Origin: Paraspadella gotoi
Taxonomy: Eukaryota > Animalia > Chaetognatha
NCBI GenBank assembly: GCA_051294375.1
Contig: CM119269.1
Location: 12,130,896-12,194,895 of the forward strand
Direction of reading: 5' to 3'
DNA: 64,000 bases
The notes under the pieces were generated by a model. The model was not told the origin of the DNA and searched no databases. It saw only the letters and a list, made by a program, of their open reading frames with translations. This document shows positions 1-11,123 of the stretch, piece after piece. Within the stretch, counting starts at the first letter, position 1. Each line of letters begins with the position of its first letter. Made by a program: the position numbers and the translations under genes.

Positions 1-112
1 ATGAATATGTAAAGGATTTTGTCAAAAGAATATTCATAATATAGAATATTTTACTAAATTAATTGTAGTTAACCTCTCTCTCCAAAACATTAATGTTTGT
101 GAAGTGATTTCA

Positions 113-159
113 AATGCTGATGAAGGCTCCAAATCCAAAAGAGTCGAAAAATGTCCATT
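113..159 (+). ncRNA. Degenerate minimal type I hammerhead ribozyme (Penelope-like element remnant)
   Basis: AATG-CTGATGA-A-GGCTC..GAGTC-GAAA-AATGTC-CATT. Both core boxes, stem II and stem I (AATG/CATT) are present. Stem III reads GAAAAATGTC instead of GAAACATGTC as in the 14219 copy. Confidence 0.55.
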
Positions 160-588
160 AATTAATAAATTAATAAAAACTTTGTTGTAAAAACGAAATT
201 TTCGTTATTTTCCTTTAAATTTTATTAAATTCATAATTAATCTTGTTCTATTTTGAGCATCATTAAGGAGTTGAGTTTTTCCTCTGAAATAATTTTATTT
301 TCGAAACCCCTAATGGAGTTTTGAAAAACGAGGACGCGACATCAAAATATTTTTAAAAATTTAAGACCGGTAATCTTTCTCGAGCAATTTTTTTTCAAGT
401 CTGGGTAAAGCTTGCTCTTTTTTTAGAAATTTTTTTGCTTGCTGCAATTCATTAAAATCAGAGAGAAATAATTTGTCTTTTTTAATTTTTTTTTAAATAG
501 AAAATTAAATTTTCTTGTTAACTAAACTACATCGATGAAATACTTTCTTTCTTAACGACGAAATAACACAGTATAATAATAATAATAA

Positions 589-633
<45 letters not shown>

Positions 634-754
634 TATATATAATATAATAAATTATGGTGGACTAAAATCCACCAACCGTTCATCAGCGGCCATTGGTGCC
701 GGAGGACGACATCGAAAAACAGCGAGGACGAAACTTCTTCACTTCTCAACTAAC

Positions 755-979
755 CAACGGCACAGAGATGGATTCCGGCGGCAACGCGTCCATGAGATCG
801 TTGTAGAACCGCATGTCCACTTCCGGCAGCGTCGACACTTCGCTCGCCACCGACGCCGCCACGCCTCCCGCGGTACCAGGCGCCGCTCCAGGGGCGGCAG
901 CAGCGCCAGCCGCACCGGAGGACATCGAGATCTTCTCGTCGCGAACGCTGCGGTCGCCGATCGGAGTGTGGACGGAGAC
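755..979 (-). CDS. SPAG17: SPAG17 internal exon 8 (VSVHTP...EVDMRFYNDLMDALPPESISVPL); gene continues left of the window
   Basis: CAAG acceptor, GTTAGT donor, 225 nt, phase 0-0. Resembles the recalled human SPAG17 motif [23 protein letters not shown]. Confidence 0.88.
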
Positions 980-2784
980 CTTGGGGGGAATTGTGGGTAA
1001 GAAGTGTGGGTAGGAGGAGGAAGAGGAGAAGAGAGAAGGGGGCAAAGATTGAGGGAGAAAGCGGGGGATAGAAAGAGGACAGTATAGGGGTAGAAGGGTA
1101 GGGGTGCAAAGAGCAAATTATTTTTGTCGAATTAGCGAAAAGTGGATAATTATAGTGGAAGGTGAATTATTAAGAAGAAAGAGCGAAGAAGGAAAGGTCC
1201 TCGGATTGGGGGAGGGAAAGAGGAAAGGAGGATGGAGGAAGGGACAGATGATGGAAGGGAGGAAGGGACAGATGATAGGGAAAAAGAACAAGAAATGAAC
1301 TTAAAAAAATGGAAGTGAAAGAGTAAGAGAATATGGGTGTAGACTGTAGAGTAAAAGAGTAACCCCCAAAGTAGCGATCTGGGGGTTAATAAACTAAAGT
1401 GTGAAAGATTCTCTTGCTATGTTATTATCATATAAGAAGAAAGGAGGCCTTAAACCAATATAGTCTGTCAAAAGTCAGGGAAAAGAAAGGTTGTTTATTG
1501 AATGAATAGATAATTTTTATATCTGTTGTACCAATTTCATATCAATTTCAATATCAAGAGCTGTGAACTTATATCATGAGATGGGATAATAGAATATCAA
1601 GAGCTGTGAACTGAAGATGGGAAAAGATAAGCGTTTCAAGATGGACTTTCAAATGGACCATTAATCTTAAGTTTCATCCACCAGTACGAAATGCCGGATC
1701 CGTAAAAAGAATTTCAGATTTCAAAGATATATACGCGCGGAAAGAAATCATTTCTAAGCGAAAAAAATAACAAAAGCTGCTAAGTATTTTATCGGACGCT
1801 GATGATGATAGGAAAAAAAAAGGATTTCTAAGGAATAAAAAAAAAACTGCATGCAAAAATCGCGCGAATAACGATTTTATTCTATGGCAAAAAAAATGGA
1901 GGATGGAGGGAGGTATAGTCAGAAGAATGAGGAGGAGTAGGAGGAGGGAGGGATATATAGTCAGGAGAAGGAGTAGGAGATGAGAAAGTAGAGGGAGTAG
2001 GAAAGAAAAAGAGAAGGACGAAAATGAAGTCGGAGGAAGAGAAGGAGGAAAAGTGGAAAAGGTCAAAAATAAAAATATTTTGAAAAGTTAAGATGATTTA
2101 ATGGTAAAAGTTTTAAAGGTAAATTTAAAAATATAAGAGAAACAAATAAAATATTTTGATTAAAAAAAAGTCGCGCTCGCGAGTGATACTTTGCAAATAG
2201 ACTAGTATTTTTACTCTTGGTATAAATATGTAAAACATATGTATAATGAATAGTTTGGAGGACTACGTCTAAAAAGGTCCCCGTGTTAGATCCGTTAAAA
2301 TTCCCCGGATGTAATGACGACGCCATTTTGATTAGCGTCGCGTTTTTCTTCAGTTGTTTTTTATTTCCGACGCGAAAAGACGATGAATTTTCGCTCGAAT
2401 CCAACTTTTTTTTAGGCCAAAAAGTGAAAAAAGCGAAAATGATTTGCCAAGTGAGATTTAAAAATAAAAGAAAGAAAAATTAAATTTAGGTAATAATTTT
2501 AGCAGACTGAACTCGCGTATTTCAACATTTTTTTTACATTCTCTCTTTAACAATTTTAAAACTTTTTAAAAGGTTTTTGAGTAATCTAAAACTTATAGAA
2601 ACATTTTGAATTATTTTTTAATACCTTTTTTACATTTTTATAGTTACGCCAACTCAAGAACTAGTATGATTGCCCTAGTCATCGCAAACCCTGTGTTCAT
2701 GCTTTAACAGCGCTTTTTTCGGCAAGAAGACAGCCTTTTAACATGAGAAAGAGAGAGAGAAGGAGAAGAGAGAAGAGAGAGAGA

Positions 2785-2823
<39 letters not shown>

Positions 2824-3097
2824 GCCGACTTCTCTTTGACAAAACGACCCCTCGTTCCGTTTTTTATCGACCGAAAGAAAAACCGTAAAAAAAAGAGGAG
2901 CACTTCTTTTAACAATCGCTAACTTACCTTTTTTTGAACTTACCCCACTATTTATACCCTTTTTCGTTTATTCCCTATAATAAATCTATTGTGGGTTTTG
3001 TCGTCACACGATTCGTAATTTAGGTTTTAAACTTCCTCTTCCCAAGGATCAGCGAGTCTCGTTAATCAAGAACGATTATCCTTGTCCTCGATTAAGA

Positions 3098-3144
<47 letters not shown>

Positions 3145-3153
3145 ACCATTGAG

Positions 3154-3184
<31 letters not shown>

Positions 3185-3223
3185 AAAGACAACAGAAAGA
3201 TCCAATCTAGCGCTTTAATATAC

Positions 3224-3423
3224 CTGGCTCAGATTATCCTGCTGGGCTCCTGCTCCGACGAGAGGCTGCAGCGGCACCGGCAGCACCCTCATGTTGCGGA
3301 GATAGTTGCGGTGCTGCCTTTTTAAGTCCACGACGTCGTAGAGCATCAAGGCGACGTCGTCGAAAAAAGTCTCTGAGAATTCTCGCTGCATCTCGGTTTC
3401 TAGCTCGGTCGGCTCTAATGGAT
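3224..3423 (-). CDS. SPAG17: SPAG17 exon 7 (DPLEPTE...FFDDVALMLYDVVDLKRQHRNYLRNMRVLPVP...SQ)
   Basis: TTCCAG acceptor, GTATAT donor, phase 1-0. Resembles recalled SPAG17 [32 protein letters not shown]. Confidence 0.9.
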
Positions 3424-4082
3424 CTGGAACGGCGGGAGAAAGACGTGGCGTTAATCGTCCATTTTACTTTTAAAAAAGTTCAGATACTTCTTCGCCTATT
3501 ACTAAAACCTTCTGGACGAAAAGGTCAAATACAGTGTGTCCCAATGGGACTGTCTGTTAAGAAAAGCACACAAGTATGGACCATTTTATAGGATACCTTT
3601 AATTTTTAATTTTTAATTTTTAAAATTGAACAAAGCAAAATCCTGTCGTTATTAAATCTCTCTTCAAACGAAACAGAAAGGAAAAAAAAAAAAAATTAAA
3701 TTATATTTAAATATTTATCAAATATTTTTAATAATATTTAATAATAATATTTTAAATCTTTTCTTTAGATGGAGGATAGTAAGAAACAACCTCATATTTT
3801 TACCTTCAGAGCTTTTATAATGCAGTTATCATTTTTTAAAAAAATATTTACTTACCTTGTTCATATTACATTTTTTATTGATTTAATGATAATTTAATGA
3901 ATAAATGGCAACCATTTTGATCTGGCTTAATGATTCAATCGCTCACTACTTCAAATAATAAAACTGAAATGTTGGAGCGGTAGTATTTCATAACCTGCTA
4001 CTCGTCCGAGAATCAGCAGACCTATTGGCGCCGGAGGTAGCACGAGCTTCCTCCCAACCCTCGGGTTCGCGCCCTGCTGATT

Positions 4083-4165
4083 CACACAAGTAAAAGCGGG
4101 ACGGGGCGTCTAACCCACCTGTAGTGACGGACTACAGCCCGATCCGAAGTTCGGGACCTTGTGTG
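4083..4165 (+). ncRNA. Type-P5 twister ribozyme-like motif, copy 1 (predicted cleavage 4111/4112)
   Basis: P5 CACACAAG, TAAAA, GCGG, GA, CGG (T1), GGCGTC, TAA, CCC, AC (T2), P3 CTGTAGT/ACTACAG, P4 CCCGA-TCCG-AAGT-TCGGG, P5' CTTGTGTG. Confidence 0.7.
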
Positions 4166-4512
4166 CAACGGACGGTAAACTGCTCGCGGCATCGTCTTCC
4201 ACATTGGTGAGCCCATACGAACACGCTGGCACGTTAATACACCTCTGCCCGGGCATGTTAACACACCTCTGCCCTCGACCATCGTGTGTGAAGACGGGAG
4301 CAAGAATAGGCAGCCCCTCCTAGAGTGCTCGGGCACAAACGCGTGCATCATAGCCATCACAACTTGCGCGGGTGTGTAAATGCCTAGGGGAGGATGTGTA
4401 CCGGTAGTATTTCATAACCTGCTACTCGTCCGAGAATCAGCAGCACCTATGGCGCCGGAGGTAGTACGAGCTCCTCCCAACCCAAAGGACTCGGGTCCGC
4501 GCCCTGCTGATT

Positions 4513-4595
4513 CACACAAGTAAAAGCGGGACGGGGCGTCTAACCCACCTGTAGTGACGGACTACAGCCCGATCCGAAGTTCGGGACCTTGTGTG
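4513..4595 (+). ncRNA. Type-P5 twister ribozyme-like motif, copy 2 (predicted cleavage 4541/4542)
   Basis: Identical to 4083-4165, 430 nt downstream. Confidence 0.7.
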
Positions 4596-5294
4596 CAACG
4601 GCATCGTCTTCCACAATGTCAAATTAATTAGCATTTTTTATATTTAAAAAAAAAATTTAATATTTGTTTATTTCCTTTTATTAATATACTTATTTTATGA
4701 AAATTACAATTTAAATAATTTATATCAATTTAATATTTTTTTTACATATTTTTGTAAATAAAATTAATTCTAAAATAAAAAAAATATCTAAAAATTAAAA
4801 AAGTAAAAAAATGAGGACTAATTTAATTGAATATTTTACACAGAAAATTTTCTAAATGGTATTGATATTGTTATCTCAGAAATAATATTTAACAACACAG
4901 TTCCGTACGAAATGTAAAAGTTAACAGACAGTACCATTTGGACACACGTATATTTCTTTAGTGCATGTCATAAATAAACGGGCTCAGAAAGTTTTTTAGT
5001 CATAATATGTCATGTATGTCATATCACGTAAAAATAAAGTCACTGCGGCGCAACACATTGGATGAACCGATCTTGCTTATTTTAAATATAAATAACCAAT
5101 CAAAATCCAGAAAAAAATTTTCCTTTTTGAAATGAAAAGTTAGCCATTGATTTCATTAACAAGCAGACGTGCCTCCTGATTTGGGACAAGCTTTTCTTAT
5201 GTTAAGGCCCCTGTAAAAATGTTTGTTATTTTCTATGCAACGAGGTTCAAAATAATGTGAGCTATCCACCAAGGCCCTTACAATCTAGTTTATT

Positions 5295-5561
5295 TAGTCT
5301 AGTATGGCAACAGCCGGGTTGCCTGTGATGCCCATTGGGATGGGGCATCTCACTGTTGGCTTTGGGGGCTTCCGACCCTCAGTGACGCCTCCAGTCACTG
5401 GCGCGGTTACGCTAGGACGGTCTCGCTTTGCCAACGCAGAGGGAAGTCATTAGGACTGTGGATGGAACACTACGCCTGGGATGGTGTGTTCCCCCTCTGA
5501 GCCAATGGATTTGGCTGAACGATGGTGGATGTGAGGCGGTGTGAATATACCGCCACACTAG
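5295..5561 (-). mobile_element. ~265-bp hairpin-rich insertion containing a twister-like motif
   Basis: GC-rich island in an AT-rich intron with at least five hairpins. Flanked by direct repeat CTAGTTTATT (5285-5294, 5558-5567). Ends are complementary (CTAGTATGGC / GCCACACTAG). Confidence 0.6.
5355..5435 (-). ncRNA. Type-P5 twister ribozyme-like motif, second family (predicted cleavage 5409/5408)
   Basis: Minus strand: GTTGGC (P5), AAA, GCGA, GA, CCG (T1), TCCTAGCG, TAA, CCGC, GC (T2), P3 CAGTGAC/GTCACTG, AGGG-TCGG-AAGC-CCCC, AAA, GCCAAC (P5'). Confidence 0.7.
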
Positions 5562-5785
5562 TTTATTAACTACCAAAGTAAATTATCACAATTCCTGATG
5601 ATATTTTTTTAAATAGTTATAATTGCATAAATAGGCCTACGTCTCAATTAGTAAGACGGAAAATACCATTGGGCTACCATAAGCATACAAATACAAATAT
5701 CATGCAATGGTTTAGTTGACAATGAAGGAAAAAAACTAGTAAAAAAAATAATTCCTTTACTTATAATAAATAATATTTTTAAGAC

Positions 5786-5978
5786 CTGCGGGAAAGACCA
5801 TGGACTCGTTTTTGATGGTGTAGGTCAGAGTAGCGACGTCGTGGAGCTTCGACCCAGCGGGGCCTCGCTCCAGCAACAGCAGAATGTCCCGCCAAAATCG
5901 CTCCAGAGAAGCAACGGCGTCCACGCGGAGCTGAAACTCCTCTTGGACCTCTCCTTCCATCGGTTGGTCTAAGGGGAG
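5786..5978 (-). CDS. SPAG17: SPAG17 exon 6 (LPLDQPMEGE...SLERFWRDILLLLE...LHDVATLTYTIK...PA)
   Basis: CCAG acceptor (alternative AG 10 nt inside), G|GTCTT donor. Resembles recalled ELKTFWKYLEPVL...LFDVARLEYMVK. Confidence 0.85.
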
Positions 5979-6346
5979 CTGGTTTGGGTATCGAGGAGTT
6001 ATTGGATTCGATTGATTGATTGATCGATTTTATTACTTTATAGATGTAGATTGTGGATCGATTGATTTATCTTTTAAGCAATTTATTAAACGGTATATTT
6101 AATTAAATGATTGATTGACTCGATAATTGGATTCTTTACTTGAACCTTTGATAAGTTGGTTGGTAGATTTCATCATTTGATTGACTAATTGATAGATTAA
6201 TTGAATGACTAATAGATAGATTGCTTAATTCATTGATTGTTTGATTGGAAAGTCAGTGACGGATGAATGGATGGACGGATGGACGGACGGAAGATGGGAA
6301 AGCATGGGGTCGACGGATGGACGGATCGACAGACGGACTGACTGAC

Positions 6347-6492
6347 CACCGGAAAGACGCGGTAATCCTGCGTCTGAATCCTGACGATCACGTCGACGTA
6401 GATTCCGATGTCGTTGAGAAGAAGTACGATGTTGGGATCCTCGAAACCTTGGATGAGGACGTACATCTGAGGACCGTCTTCGGGCTCGTCGT
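6347..6492 (-). CDS. SPAG17: SPAG17 exon 5 (DDEPEDGPQMYVLIQGFEDPNIVLLLNDIGIYVDVIVRIQTQDYRVFPV)
   Basis: CACAG acceptor, GTCAGT donor. Resembles recalled [23 protein letters not shown]. Confidence 0.9.
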
Positions 6493-6524
6493 CTGTGGAG
6501 GGAGGGGGAGAGGTAGCGAGAGGG

Positions 6525-6618
<94 letters not shown>

Positions 6619-6704
6619 ACAAAACGAATCAAAATTCTAAAACACGGATAGAAGGACGGACAGCCGAATAAAGAGTCTAACGGACGTACGGACAAAAGCC
6701 GTAC

Positions 6705-6844
6705 CGATGTAGACGAATTCGTCGTCCGTCTCTCCTCTTTTTTTCAGCTTCGTCTTTTTCTTCTCCTGTTCTGGTGGAGTGTTGCCTTTCTTGGAGCCTT
6801 TCTTCTTGTCTTTCTTCGCTGAGTCGGGCTTCTCGCGTTCCAGT
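6705..6844 (-). CDS. SPAG17: SPAG17 exon 4 (LEREKPDSAKK...KTKLKKRGETDDEFVYI)
   Basis: Phase 2-1, G|GTACGG donor. Resembles recalled TTQLKRRGEDDHTNRYI. Confidence 0.88.
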
Positions 6845-6964
6845 CTTGAGGGAAATTGTCCCATGGTGGAAATAAAATTAAAGGTATAAACTTTCGGAAA
6901 ATTTTGATAATTTTATTATTAAAAATAATAAAAAAATGAATTTAAATATAAGTAAAAAGTTTTT

Positions 6965-8038
6965 TACTGCTTTCAAAAGATCCCACTTCTATAATTCACT
7001 TTGTCGGTCCGTCGGTCCGCCCCCTCAATCTGGTCGGGCATTCACTTATATCATGTCAGAACATCGAATTATGATAAATTATGCAAAAAAATACAAAAAA
7101 ACGATGTCCGTCCGTCCATCCGTATGTCCGTCCGTCTGTCCATCCGTCTGTCCGTCCGTCCCACCTTAGCAAAAAACTCCAATTATTGTGATTAGATGGT
7201 TGGATTGGGATGAAATTTTGTTTGAGGGTAGGGAAGTGTGTGATTGAGCTGGATATGAAGTTTCGATGGAATCGTGCGAGTGCATATGAGTTTAAATGGA
7301 AAAAACAAAAAAATCTATTTTATTATTTGAACACCAATTACTCATGAGTGGACGGGGCGATTAACTTGAAATTTTGTATGTGGGAAGGATAGTGTCTGAT
7401 TAAATTGGAAATCAAGTTTTGATGGAATCGTCTAAGTGGAAATGAGTTTAAATGGAAAAAACCTGTTTCACTAATTGATAATGCTTCTTTTTCTTTTTAT
7501 ATTAGATGTAAATGCAAGATGTATTAATTAATCAAATAATTGATCAGTTAATCAATTAATCAATCAATTAATTATTCAATCAATTAATTTATTTATCTAT
7601 AAATTAATTAATTAATCAATCAATCAATTTATTTATCTATTAATTAATTATTCATCAATCAATCAATCAAGTCAATCGTTATCAGCATTATTGTCGTCAT
7701 CGCCATCATTGTCGTCATTTTTTTTTGCTTTTGTCGTGGTCAGTAACGAAAAGACCTAAAAAAAACATTCAATCAAATTAATTAATTATCTTAATTAAAT
7801 TATTATTTTAGTTTAAAGGAATAGTTTTTCTGCAACAACAATTTATTTATTGATAGACAAAACATGTTTCGGCTCAAATTTGAGCTTCATCAGGGCCAAA
7901 ATGTTTTGTTATATATTAAATATTTTAAGTTACTTATATATATTTTTATTAATTAATTAATTAATTAATTAATTAATTAATTAATTAATTACCGCTAATG
8001 ATGGGGCAGATCCGACATTGTTTGCTCAAACTTGTTTA
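6965..8038 (+). mobile_element. Helentron-associated interspersed element (HINE/DINE-1-like), family A
   Basis: Shared core (ATAATTCACTTTGTCGGTCCGTCGGTCC), (GTCC/GTCT)n tract, 3' GCAGATCCGAC and GTTTG-CT-CAAAC stem-loop. Many copies in the window. Confidence 0.7.
7861..7896 (-). ncRNA. Minimal hammerhead ribozyme core (Penelope-like remnant)
   Basis: Minus strand CTGATGA-A-GCTC-AAATTT-GAGC-C-GAAACATGTT. Stem I is poor. Confidence 0.55.
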
Positions 8039-8354
8039 AAATTACATACATCTGGGAAGCAGATCGAAATCACTTTTAATGATAAAACATTTAGATTTCA
8101 AAGCTAAAGTTTTTTAAATGTTTTTCTTTTTATACCTGAAACTGTATTTTGCAACTAAAGAACCTTTTTACCTTTTATTTTTTTGTAAAGTTTTATAAAA
8201 AAGATTTAATTAAAATAATCAAGTTTGAGCAAACAATGTCGATCTGCCCACGATCATTTAGCGGTAAGCAATTTCCCTACACACACACAAATTTCGTTCC
8301 AATCCATCCATCAAATCACGAGTAATTGGTGTTTTTTGCTAAGGTGAGGCTAAG

Positions 8355-8995
8355 GATCACCTCTCCTTCCCTCTATTTTTAATCACCTCTCTCTCCTTTC
8401 TTTTTCTCTCTCTCTTTTTAATCACCTCTCTCTCTTTTCCTCATCTCTTTTTAATCATCTCTTTCTCCTTTCTTCTTCTCTCTCATTTTAATCACCTTCT
8501 CCTTTCCTCCTCTCTTTTTAATCACCTCTCTCTCTATTCTTATTCTCTCTCTCTTTTTAATCACCTCTCTCTCCTTTCTTCTTCTCTCTCTCTTTTTAAT
8601 CACCTCTATCCCCATTCCTCCTCTCTTTTTAATCACCTCTCTCTCTCCTTTTCTTTTTCTCTCTCTCTTTTTAATCACCTCTCTCGCTTTCATCTCTCTC
8701 TTTTTTAACATTTTCTGCCTCTCCTTTCCTCCTCTCTTTTTAATCAACCTTCTCTCTCCTTATCTTCTTCTTCATCTCTCTTTTAATCACCATTCCTCTC
8801 TCTTTCCTTCCTTCTCTCTCTTTCTACCTTCTCTCTCCTTTCTTCTTCTCTCTCCTTTTAATTCATTCTCTCTCCTTTCTTCTCTCTTTTTAACATCTTC
8901 TTCTCCTTTCCTCCTCTTTTAATCACCTCTCTCTCCTTTCTTCTTCTCTCTCTCTTTTTTTAATCACCTCTCTCTCCTTTCTTCCTCTCTTCTCT
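8355..8995. repeat. Degenerate CT-rich minisatellite (~30-40 bp) reiterating the SPAG17 exon 3 donor junction
   Basis: Repeated TTTTTAATCACCTCTCTCTC, i.e. GAGAGAG|GTGATTAAAAA on the sense strand. Confidence 0.8.
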
Positions 8996-9143
8996 GAATG
9001 TCCAAGTTTTTGAGCCAAAGGAGTTTGAACTTGATGAGTTTAGCCAACATCGGGAGTTGCCAATCTTCCCCGTTGCTCAAAACTTGCAGCGCCATCTCGC
9101 ATATTTCCGCAAACTGCGGCGTCTCCCCCTTTCCGCGTTTGTT
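8968..9143 (-). CDS. SPAG17: SPAG17 exon 3 (NKRGKGETPQFAEICEMALQVLSNGEDWQLPMLAKLIKFKLLWLKNLDIQRREEERRE)
   Basis: CTCAG acceptor, AG|GTGATT donor, phase 0-2. Resembles recalled [28 protein letters not shown]. Confidence 0.9.
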
Positions 9144-9863
9144 CTGAGGAAAACAAAAGAGCAAACGGTTTTTTTTTTAATTTCACTTTTGTCTTTGTGT
9201 CTCGGGACGAATATGTTTGTGAGGAACACGTCTCAATCGTTTTGTTTATAAAAAGTTTTAAGAAGTTTTAAAAAAATTACAACTAACAAAAGAAATAATA
9301 ATGATCCAGACTTTTAAAAATTTTTGTTTTGCGTGATGAACGTTAAAACCTTCCACGCAAATTCAAAGTTAGTCTTAACCTTTATTGCTCAAGATCCTAA
9401 ACTTTCAAAAAGAATAATTTATTCACTCTTTAAAAAAAAATAATTCGACGCTTTTTACTCAACAACCAAACAGTTAAGCTACTTCATCACCCAAAATTAA
9501 TCAACTCAGGAGCCAAAAACAGAATTAACCAAAGACTCTTTCTTTTTGCTGCGAAAAAAACATGGAAGGGTTATTCATAAGCGTTGCGCTGCATTGGTAT
9601 CTTTCTACAAGATCACAATTCGTAGACTTTAAACTATATATTTAAGAATAATTGATTATTAATAATACAGCAGATATCTGCCAAGTAATGTTTATTTAAT
9701 ATTTACATTTTGATATGAGTCGTAAAAAGAACTGTCTGATGGACAGATTGATTGAGCCACCGACCTAAAAGTAACTTATAGAGTCGCCTCACGAAAACTC
9801 GCAACTCAACTCTCAAGTTCTGAACGAGATTGAGAGAAAACCCTTTTCTCGTTTTAGAAAAAC

Positions 9864-9977
9864 CTTTTCATCTTTTTTTTTGTCTTTCTTTTTTTTTGGT
9901 TTCGCGTTGGTGGACTTTCCTTTGCCTTTGCCTTTGCCTTTACCTTTGCCTTTGTCTTTTCCTTTACCCTTCTTGCC
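9864..9977 (-). CDS. Possible Lys/Gly-rich cassette exon of SPAG17 (GKKGKGKDKGKGKGKGKGKGKSTNAKPKKKKDKKKDEK)
   Basis: Open 114-nt phase 0-0 segment with AAG|GTTTTT donor. The acceptor (TTAAG) is weak. Confidence 0.3.
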
Positions 9978-10031
9978 CTTAACATCCGGTTGATTTTGAG
10001 AAGGTGCAAATAATTAGGATGACTAATTAAC

Positions 10032-10840
10032 AGCAGATCCCGACTATATAATTCACTTTGTCGATCCGTCGGTCCGCCTCCTCAATCTTGTCGGGCATTC
10101 ACTTATTTCAAGTCAAAACATCGAATTATGATAAAAAAATTATTTCTGTCCGTCCGTCTGTCTGACCGTTTGTCTGTCTGTCCGTCCGTTCCACCTTAGC
10201 AAAAAACTCCAATTACTCGTGATTGGATTGATGGATTGGAATGAAATTTTATGTGTGATTGAGCTGGATATGATCTATTTCACTATTTGAACACTAATTA
10301 CTCATGAGTGGATGGGGCGATTGACTTAATATTTTGTATGTTGGTAGAAAATTGTGTGATTAAGCTGGAAATCAAGTTTCGATGGAATCGTCTGAGTGGA
10401 AATGAATTTAAATAGAAAAAACAAAAACCTGTTTTACTAATTGATTATGCTTCTTTTTCTTTTTATATTAAATGTAATGCAAGATGTATTGATTAATAAA
10501 ATAATTAATTAGTTAATTAATCAATTAGTCATTTAATTACTCAATAATTAATTAATCAGAAAATTAATCAATTAATTATTCAATCAATTTGTTTGTCTAT
10601 TAATCAATTATTCAATCAATCGATTTATTTATCAATTAATTAATTATTTAATGAATCAATCAATCAAGTCAATCGTTATTGACATTATAGTCGTCGTCGC
10701 CATCATCATCGTCGTTGCTTTTGTCGTGGTAAGTGACGAAAAGACCCAAAAACAAACATTTCGGATCAAATAAATTAATTTATTAATTAATTACCGCTAA
10801 TGATCGTGGGCAGATCCGACACTGTTTGCTCAAACTTGTT
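10032..10840 (+). mobile_element. HINE/DINE-1-like family A copy
   Basis: GCAGATCCCGAC start, GTCC/GTCT tract, GCAGATCCGAC..GTTTGCTCAAACTTGTTT end. Confidence 0.75.
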
Positions 10841-10893
10841 TATGTGTATCTGTGTTAGTTTGTGTGTGAAAAAGAATGATTGTGTGTGTGTGC

Positions 10894-10937
<44 letters not shown>

Positions 10938-11092
10938 TGAGAGAGAGAGAGTGAGAGAGAGAAAGAGAGAGAGAGAGAGTTTGTATGTGAAAGAGACAGA
11001 AAGAGAGAAAGAGAGAGAGAGAGTGAGAGAGAGAGAAAAGAGAGAGAGAGAGAGACATACCTTTGGATTTTTAGTTTGTATGTGAAAGAGAC

Positions 11093-11123
<31 letters not shown>

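Larger units (their letters stand above)
3978..4615 (+). mobile_element. ~1.5-copy tandem of a ~430-nt highly structured GC-rich unit, one twister-like ribozyme per unit (retrozyme-like)
   Basis: The unit restarts at 4402 (CGGTAGTATTTCATAACC). Helices include GAATCAGCAG/CTGCTGATTC, CACACAAG/CTTGTGTG and CGTCTTC/GAAGACG. Confidence 0.75.
3532..4948. mobile_element. Tc1/mariner-like non-autonomous TIR element carrying a nested structured tandem repeat
   Basis: TA|CAGTGTGTCCCAATGGGACTGTCTGTTAA at the left; imperfect complement TTAACAGACAGTACCATTTGGACACACG|TA at the right. A related inverted partial copy ends at 23758. Confidence 0.65.

Noticed and set aside
675-695. CTGATGA on the minus strand (also + strand at ~1799, ~45006 and ~55711)
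   Set aside because: No correctly spaced stem II plus GAAA; two of these lie antisense within coding sequence.
5284-5561. Helitron interpretation (A|TC...hairpin-CTAG|T)
   Set aside because: The hairpin is only 3 nt from CTAG, and the flanking 10-bp direct repeat plus internal ribozyme favour a retro-insertion; not fully excluded.
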